From Candidatus Avedoeria danica (lineage in GTDB: Bacteria > Chloroflexota > Anaerolineae > Epilineales > Epilineaceae), in NCBI GenBank assembly GCA_016703025.1, contig JADJCV010000004.1, positions 299,164-363,163 on the forward strand: DNA of 64,000 bases, written 5' to 3'. The stretch's first letter is position 1. Every line of letters begins with the position of its first letter. The notes beneath the pieces are model-generated. The model saw nothing but the letters and a program-made list of their open reading frames with translations. It ran no database searches and was not told the DNA's origin. Made by a program: the position numbers and the translations under genes. This document shows, in pieces, positions 59,501-64,000 of the stretch.

Positions 59501-60121
59501 GCGATCGACGCGCAGCGCGGTGCCGCCGATAACGGCGATGACGTCGCCCGTCCGCGGGTGGACCGCCAGATCGACCGCCACGCCGAGGTCGCCGCGCGCC
59601 TGCTCGAACGTGTCGACGCGCACGACGGACTCGCGCCGGCCGTCGGGCAGGCGGCTCTCGAGATAGTAGACCGTGACGCCGTCTCCGAGGCTGTCGGAGC
59701 TCTGGAAGATCTCTGCCCAGAGCACGTACCGCCGGCCGCTGCTCGCGCGCGGGTCGGCGGCGACGGCGTAAGGCAGCCGCACGGACGGCAGGTCCGGCCG
59801 CGGCGTGAGGGTGTTCAGCTCTTCGGGCGCCTGCCACCACGCCGAAGGCTCGATCTCGCCGCCGCGGTACACCTGCACCGCCCGGTTGTCCCCGTCGGCC
59901 ACCAGCAGCTCGCCGGTTCGGTCGAGCGCGATGTCGATCGGCGCCGCGGGCAGGGGCGGCAGGTGGATGCTGGCGGCGAGGCCCCAACGGCCGACGGATT
60001 GGCCGGCGGCGGGGGGCGCCGGGCGGATCGTGGCGAGCGTCGCGACGAGCGTGATGGCCGCGGCGCAGATGGCGAGGCGCGCGGCGGCGGGAAGGCGTCG
60101 GGCTGCGGCTGGAGGCATCAT
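56519..60121 (-). CDS. ~1200-aa secreted NHL-like beta-propeller protein with two VWA domains
   Basis: Signal MMPPAAARRLPAAARLAICAAAITLVATLATIRPAPPAAG. VWA1 ADVLLAIDRSGSMAG…VVLLTDGRQNG. VWA2 after PRPVYLPAAYRLAC: DVVVVIDTSGSMVG…VVLLSDGTQNG. The track ORF start at 60607 is read-through. Confidence 0.7.
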   Translation of the reverse strand: MMPPAAARRLPAAARLAICAAAITLVATLATIRPAPPAAGQSVGRWGLAASIHLPPLPAAPIDIALDRTGELLVADGDNRAVQVYRGGEIEPSAWWQAPEELNTLTPRPDLPSVRLPYAVAADPRASSGRRYVLWAEIFQSSDSLGDGVTVYYLESRLPDGRRESVVRVDTFEQARGDLGVAVDLAVHPRTGDVIAVIGGTALRVDRASGATQRLAKIGRDGELVRFAVAPGGDMVAASPWIGLVVRFDLRGDVVRSFDLGASGYVPLAVAVDAADAVYALVRPESAATTDPALLVTFDAAGRPVVVWTARALGTPPPEGDWPFALAMADDGPAGGWAVTTTGLSAGSRLRVQGRLAGGGARAAIVGTTAKPAWAPRLGGEAWGGGIALAAPSGSPRDGPHVAALDLRGERVVAFDAAGVQIGSRIVPSNTLDIALGPDGELYLTTADGAVERRGSLLGQAGWSDPPPAWRVPVPLALGGRITAGTHVAVTQPRGHEAVLLDAVTGGETGRIRWPSGQGLWPTDIAAVAPDPTFPTGIVLTADLVDAHIQGWNPIAPGPLRGAWPMGLLAGPRRLAAATVPDDAAAQAGTGSSTWVAGLLADGAVEVHALTDRDESLVARFTPRLLDGTAISADDIALDRFGAVWLSDRRRASLHLFMPFGPATPTARTPGPSPTSPTPTATPTFSPGACTVTGDKVAGPPRIVLGQTANVTLTLAARCPATTRQSGADVLLAIDRSGSMAGAKLAAAQAAARTFTELLDVRHHRVGLVAFETTAAVVAPLSADLVATIDALDGLAPTGSTNLAAAIDTAVAHFAAAGRPDALPVVVLLTDGRQNGPGDPVLAADAARRSGVQLYTIGLGADVNRPALVAIAGRQERFFDAPTPEDLFPVYGEILRSVTTSLAGNLVIDDAMGGEVELVAGSARPAAFEDGTRALQWGRTLLPESGITLTYQIRPLRTGRLRTNLRAVAEYADGDGARRTFTFPVPEIEVVAPTPTPTATPTSLPRPVYLPAAYRLACLPGARRNDVVVVIDTSGSMVGAKLEAAKAAARTFVGLLGESGDQAAVIGFSEQPTLAAGLTGDDAVLIAAIDGLASSPGTRIDRALRAAAGELAGSPNRRPGSRGVVVLLSDGTQNGPVEPVREVAAALKASGTLVFAIGLGADVDAALLVDVASPDGYRAAADERVLEEIYRGLAAVVACR

Positions 60122-60263
60122 GGGCGGCTCAGGTCCGTGAAGCGCGGGTCGAAGTGCGGGTCGACGCGCGCATGGGTACATCGGGTACAACCATCGGGCA
60201 CATGTCGAAGCGCGCACGAGTGTAGCGGATCGGGCAAGGCTATACTCGACCGCAGGAGAAACG

Positions 60264-61040
60264 ATGCCATCCAGCCTGCCTGAGACCGTCGCCGCCCCGC
60301 TCACCGCCGCCGCCGAAGCGGTTCGCGCGTCGCGCCGCGTCGTCGTCCTGACCGGCGCCGGCATGTCGGCCGAGAGCGGGATCCCGACGTTCCGCGACGC
60401 GGGCGGGATCTGGTCGATGTTCGACCCCGACGACGTCGCCACGCCGCGCGCGTTCGAGCGCGACGCGGGCAAGGTGTGGCGCTGGTACGCCGAGCGGCGC
60501 CGGTCGATGGCCGGCGCCCGGCCGAACGCCGGCCACGCGGCGCTGGCGGCGCTCGAGGCACGGCTCGCGGCGCGGGGCGGGTCGGTGATCGTCGTGACGC
60601 AGAACATCGACGGCCTTCACCGCGCTGCCGGCAGCCGGAACGTCGTCGCGGTCCATGGGGACATCCACGGCGCGCGGTGCTTCGACTGCCGTGCCGACGC
60701 GGGCGAGGCCGGTGCCCATGACGCTTCGACCGTCGTGCCCCCGCGCTGCCCCGCTTGCGGCGGTCGGCTGAGGCCGGACGTCGTGTGGTTCGGCGAGGCG
60801 CTGCCGATGGCGGCCGTCGGGCGGGCACTGTCCGCCATCCGCGCGTGCGATGTGCTGCTCGTCGTCGGGACGTCGGGCGAGGTCGAGCCGGTGGCCAGCT
60901 TCCCGCTGCTCGCGCTGGAGCACCGCGCCGTCCTCGTCGAGATCAACCCGGCGCCGACGCCGCTGTCGGCGCATGCCACCCACGTCGTGCGCGCCGGAGC
61001 GGCCACGGCGCTGCCGGCGCTCGTGGAGGCGTGCGGATGA
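60264..61040 (+). CDS. cobB: NAD-dependent protein deacylase (sirtuin, CobB/Sir2 family)
   Basis: AGGAG RBS. GAGMSAESGIPTFRD, TQNIDGLH, zinc tetrad CFDC…CPAC, HG catalytic His region. Confidence 0.85.
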   Translation: MPSSLPETVAAPLTAAAEAVRASRRVVVLTGAGMSAESGIPTFRDAGGIWSMFDPDDVATPRAFERDAGKVWRWYAERRRSMAGARPNAGHAALAALEARLAARGGSVIVVTQNIDGLHRAAGSRNVVAVHGDIHGARCFDCRADAGEAGAHDASTVVPPRCPACGGRLRPDVVWFGEALPMAAVGRALSAIRACDVLLVVGTSGEVEPVASFPLLALEHRAVLVEINPAPTPLSAHATHVVRAGAATALPALVEACG

Positions 61041-61534
61041 TCGCCCCGGTCGCCGCGGCCGTGCTGGCCCATGTCGCCCAAGTGCCCGAAGTGGCCGACG
61101 ACTTCGTCCGGACGCTCATCGGCCTGCTGACGACGTACTTCGCGCTCGTGCTCGGCTTGGTGGCACTGTGGGTGTTCATCGTCTTCCGGATCATCCGCCG
61201 GATGACGGTCGGCCTGGACGACACCGGCCTCTTCGCGCTGCGCTCCGTCACGATCGCGGTGCCGCTGGCCATCGACGCCGTGGACCTCGGGCTCGACTTC
61301 TTCGGGTCGCCGCTCGCGTGGTTCATCGCCAACCAGACGCCGCTGAAGCCGCTGCGCGGGGCGTCGCTCTGGGAGGGCCTCGTGCCCGGGACGCAGCTCC
61401 TGCCGACGATGACGCTCGGCTGGTGGTGGGCGAACCATGTGCGGCGGGATGGGCCGTGGCCGGGGCGGGCGATCGACGTCGCGGCCGCACGCCTCGATGC
61501 CGGTGACGACGCGGATCGCGACGGCCTCGACTAA
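61037..61534 (+). CDS. Small membrane protein (2-3 TM helices), unknown function
   Basis: ATGA overlap with the cobB stop. MIAPVAAAVLAHV…LIGLLTTYFALVLGLVALWVFIVF… is hydrophobic. Confidence 0.45.
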   Translation: MIAPVAAAVLAHVAQVPEVADDFVRTLIGLLTTYFALVLGLVALWVFIVFRIIRRMTVGLDDTGLFALRSVTIAVPLAIDAVDLGLDFFGSPLAWFIANQTPLKPLRGASLWEGLVPGTQLLPTMTLGWWWANHVRRDGPWPGRAIDVAAARLDAGDDADRDGLD

Positions 61535-61917
61535 CGCACGCCGATGATCGCGGCCACCTCCGCCCAGTCCAGGCCGTCCCACGCGTAGCGGTCGAGGTCG
61601 ATCCGCAGCGTCTCGTCCACCGCGACCCCCTCGGCCCGGAGCCGCGCCGCCTGCTCCGCTGCGTCGTACTCGCGGTTCACGATGCTGATCCGGCCCTGTG
61701 CGTTGATCACGCGCTGCCACGGCACGTCGCCGTACGCCGGATCGCCTCCACGGTCCTTCAGCGCGTTCAACGCATAGCCGACGGCGCGCGCCCCGCGCGG
61801 CTGGCCGAGCATGAGCGCCACCGCGCCGTACGTCGTCACGCGGCCGCGGGGGACGCGGCGGACGACGGCGTAGACGTGGTCGAAGAACGTGGCGGCGGGC
61901 GGGGTTGCCGCAGACAT
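61531..61917 (-). CDS. Alkyltransferase-like protein (ATL; MGMT DNA-binding domain with Trp replacing active-site Cys)
   Basis: VPRGRVTTYGAVA…VPWQRVINAQG corresponds to the MGMT PCHRV motif with Cys replaced by Trp, as in ATL proteins. Confidence 0.75.
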   Translation of the reverse strand: MSAATPPAATFFDHVYAVVRRVPRGRVTTYGAVALMLGQPRGARAVGYALNALKDRGGDPAYGDVPWQRVINAQGRISIVNREYDAAEQAARLRAEGVAVDETLRIDLDRYAWDGLDWAEVAAIIGVR

Positions 61918-61931
61918 GGTCGCGCGAGACC

Positions 61932-64000
61932 CTAACGGCCGGAGGATGACGCGAACGGCAGGAATAGGCGGCCATCATTCGGCGGCGGCCCGAGATCGCG
62001 CCTGTGCGTCACGCGTGCGATCGTCTCGCTCGGGCCGCTGAGCCAGACGTCGTAGCGGTCGGGATGGCCTTCGATCCGCAGGCTGAACCCGCCGCTGCCG
62101 ACGACGTCCGCCACGGGGCCGATGCTCACGCGCCGCCAGCGGCCGGAGCGCAGGTGGAACAGCGCGCCGCTGTCCGCGTACCTCAGCTGCCAGCCGATCG
62201 CCCACGGCGACCCGTCCGGAGCGATCGCCACGTCCCAGAGGTCGGTCTGGTGCGGCAAGCCGGCCAGTCCGTCCGTTCGGTCGATCCAACGCCCGTCGCT
62301 GCGCTCGACGACGACGCCCTGGCCGACGAGCCAGCCGTGGTCGCGGCCGTCGAACGCGATGTCGCTGATCTGGCCCCGCAAGGCCGCAGGCAGCCCGGCG
62401 GATCGCCACGTGCCCGCGTCGAGCCGCCAGGCGTCGCTGCCGACGGCCCACGCGGTGTGCGCATCGACCGCCGAAAGGAGCCGTACGGCGTCGGGCAGCG
62501 TTGTCATCAGCTGCCAGCGTTCGCCGTCGAAACGCAGCACGTCCGTGGCGGGCGGATCGCCGGCGCGCTCCTGCGTTCGCTCCGTCGCCAGCGCGAACAC
62601 GCCCTCCGGCGCCGTTCCGGCGATGGCGGCGATCCGCCGCTCCGTCGGGAGGTCGAAGGCCGTCCATGTGCCGGCCGCGTAGCGCAGCGCGGTCGTCGTC
62701 CGGCGCTGGCCGACGCCGTCTTGTCCGTCGCTGGCGCGCTCCGTCAATGTGGCCCACCAGACATCGCCGCCCACCGCCGTCACGCCGTCGAGTCGGTCGG
62801 CTTCGGTCGGGCCGTCGATCTCGCGCCAGCGTCCGTCATCGCCCCGCGCGACGACCGGCCCGCCGATGCCGACGGCCAACCCGCGGCCGCCCGGGGCGAC
62901 GGCGGCCCGCAGCGGCGTGTAGTCGCCCGAGCGCGTGCCGCCCCAGCGATACCATCCGCCGCGGTCCTGGCGCAGGACGTTGTCCGGCCCGACGGCCCAG
63001 AGCGCGCCTTCGGAGGTCAGCGCGAGCGCGCCGAGGCCGAACGGATTGTCGACCGAGACGTAGACGTCGGGTTGCGTCCACTGCCAGCCGCGCCCGTCGA
63101 AGTGCGCGACGCCGAGCTGGCCCGAGGCGAAGACGTCGTCCGCGGCGCGCGCCTCGACGGCGCGCATCTCGCCCTGGTTGTCGTCGACGGCCAACCGCCA
63201 CGCCGTTCCGTCGAAGTGAAGGATCGTCCGCACGCTGGGCACATCCATCCAGCCGAGCGCGCCGCCGACCGCCCACACGTCGTCGGCGGTGATGCCGTGG
63301 AAGTCCCGGATGCCGCCGTTGAAGCCGGGTGCCGGCACGGCCCGCCACGCCGCGCCGTCCCAGCGCAGCAGCTGCGCGCCGTCGCCGCCGGTCACCGCTG
63401 CCCAACCGTCCGCCTCCGCCCGCAGCCAGAGCGCGGTGACGAAGTACCCCGCCGGGTGGTCCACCCGACGCCAGCCGTCGCCGTCCCGCACCGCGACGAG
63501 CGATCGCGTCGCACCGTCCGCCGTCGGCTCGTGGCCGGCGATCCAGACCGTCCCGCCGGGCGTGATCGAGACGTCGCTCAGCGTGCACGCGAACGGCAGC
63601 GGATTGGACGCGACGCCCTCGGGCCGCAGCTCGGCGACGCGGCAGTCCGCGCCGGCGCCGACCGCCCAGCCGTGCCCGTCCGCGGCCACGTCGACCGCGG
63701 CGTAGCCGTACCCGTCCCCGTCCCGCCCGTGCACGAGCCGCCACGACGCGCCGTCGAAGTGCACGATCCCGTCCCAGCCGACGGCCCAGACGTCGTTCGG
63801 GCCGGCCGCGGCGACGTCGAGCACGTGCTGGAAGCCGCCGCGCTCGACGGTCACGACGTCGTTCGCCGCCGGTTGGGCGTGGGCCGACTCCGAGCGTTGC
63901 GGCGGCGGGTGGGCGCTCGCGGCGACGAGCGCGACGGCGGTGCAGGCGCGAAGGGTCGCGCGAGCCCACCGCGCTCGACAGGCACGCCACGGCGGGGCCG
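61932..64000 (-). CDS. Beta-propeller repeat protein (Ycf48/BNR-like 'DVWAVG…FDGxxW' blades), 3' complete, start beyond window end
   Basis: At least 8 repeats of WAVG…(I/L)LHFDGxxWR. The frame stays open to position 64000 and encodes a signal-like …RATLRACTAVALVAASAHPPPQ, so the track start at 63854 (GTG) is probably internal. Confidence 0.55.
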   Translation of the reverse strand, partial: APPWRACRARWARATLRACTAVALVAASAHPPPQRSESAHAQPAANDVVTVERGGFQHVLDVAAAGPNDVWAVGWDGIVHFDGASWRLVHGRDGDGYGYAAVDVAADGHGWAVGAGADCRVAELRPEGVASNPLPFACTLSDVSITPGGTVWIAGHEPTADGATRSLVAVRDGDGWRRVDHPAGYFVTALWLRAEADGWAAVTGGDGAQLLRWDGAAWRAVPAPGFNGGIRDFHGITADDVWAVGGALGWMDVPSVRTILHFDGTAWRLAVDDNQGEMRAVEARAADDVFASGQLGVAHFDGRGWQWTQPDVYVSVDNPFGLGALALTSEGALWAVGPDNVLRQDRGGWYRWGGTRSGDYTPLRAAVAPGGRGLAVGIGGPVVARGDDGRWREIDGPTEADRLDGVTAVGGDVWWATLTERASDGQDGVGQRRTTTALRYAAGTWTAFDLPTERRIAAIAGTAPEGVFALATERTQERAGDPPATDVLRFDGERWQLMTTLPDAVRLLSAVDAHTAWAVGSDAWRLDAGTWRSAGLPAALRGQISDIAFDGRDHGWLVGQGVVVERSDGRWIDRTDGLAGLPHQTDLWDVAIAPDGSPWAIGWQLRYADSGALFHLRSGRWRRVSIGPVADVVGSGGFSLRIEGHPDRYDVWLSGPSETIARVTHRRDLGPPPNDGRLFLPFASSSGR

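Overview
Very GC-rich (~70%) bacterial chromosomal segment. Frequent Pro/Thr-rich linkers, many secreted multidomain proteins and SD-like RBSs suggest Chloroflexi- or Actinobacteria-like origin; this is inference. Most long ORFs in the six-frame track are Arg/Pro/Gly-rich antisense or out-of-frame shadows; real genes were chosen by GC3-over-GC1 codon bias, recognisable motifs, signal peptides and RBSs. Well-supported housekeeping and accessory genes: an FAD-monooxygenase/Old-Yellow-Enzyme fusion, two S8 subtilases (one ~1575 aa), an MFS transporter plus CPYC thioredoxin-fold protein, a tandem-GNAT acetyltransferase, a thioredoxin-domain lipoprotein, M3 oligoendopeptidase F, tRNA-Arg(TCG), a GT4 glycosyltransferase plus PAP2 phosphatase, SufE, a D-amino-acid-oxidase-family enzyme, a sirtuin deacylase and an alkyltransferase-like (ATL) protein. 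The window is dominated by secreted PT-linker proteins with beta-propeller (NHL/FG-GAP), CARDB and von Willebrand A (VWA) domains. The standout is a ~15-kb minus-strand tandem array (33.3-48.6 kb) of a ~3.3-kb cassette repeated 4-5 times. Each cassette is a low-GC, Cys-rich secreted ~225-aa protein of no recognisable family plus a ~700-aa protein with a signal peptide, a diversified propeller-like N-domain, a PT linker and a C-terminal VWA domain. The VWA/linker/3'UTR/promoter part is nearly identical at DNA level between copies while N-domains diverge. Each small gene carries a conserved TTGACA-N17-TAGACT promoter; two copies carry frameshifts, one in a C8 tract. Upstream in the same orientation lie SufE, a Cys-rich zinc-ribbon protein with RPDSL pentapeptide repeats, and a ~1220-aa propeller/2xVWA protein coupled by a GTGA overlap. 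Other notable items: a 51-bp perfect palindrome upstream of the monooxygenase gene; a 58-nt REP-like hairpin element present twice; a degenerate RHH antitoxin-like module; and several direct-repeat clusters. No rRNA, CRISPR array or transposase was found. Coordinates of non-tracked features may be off by 1-2 nt.
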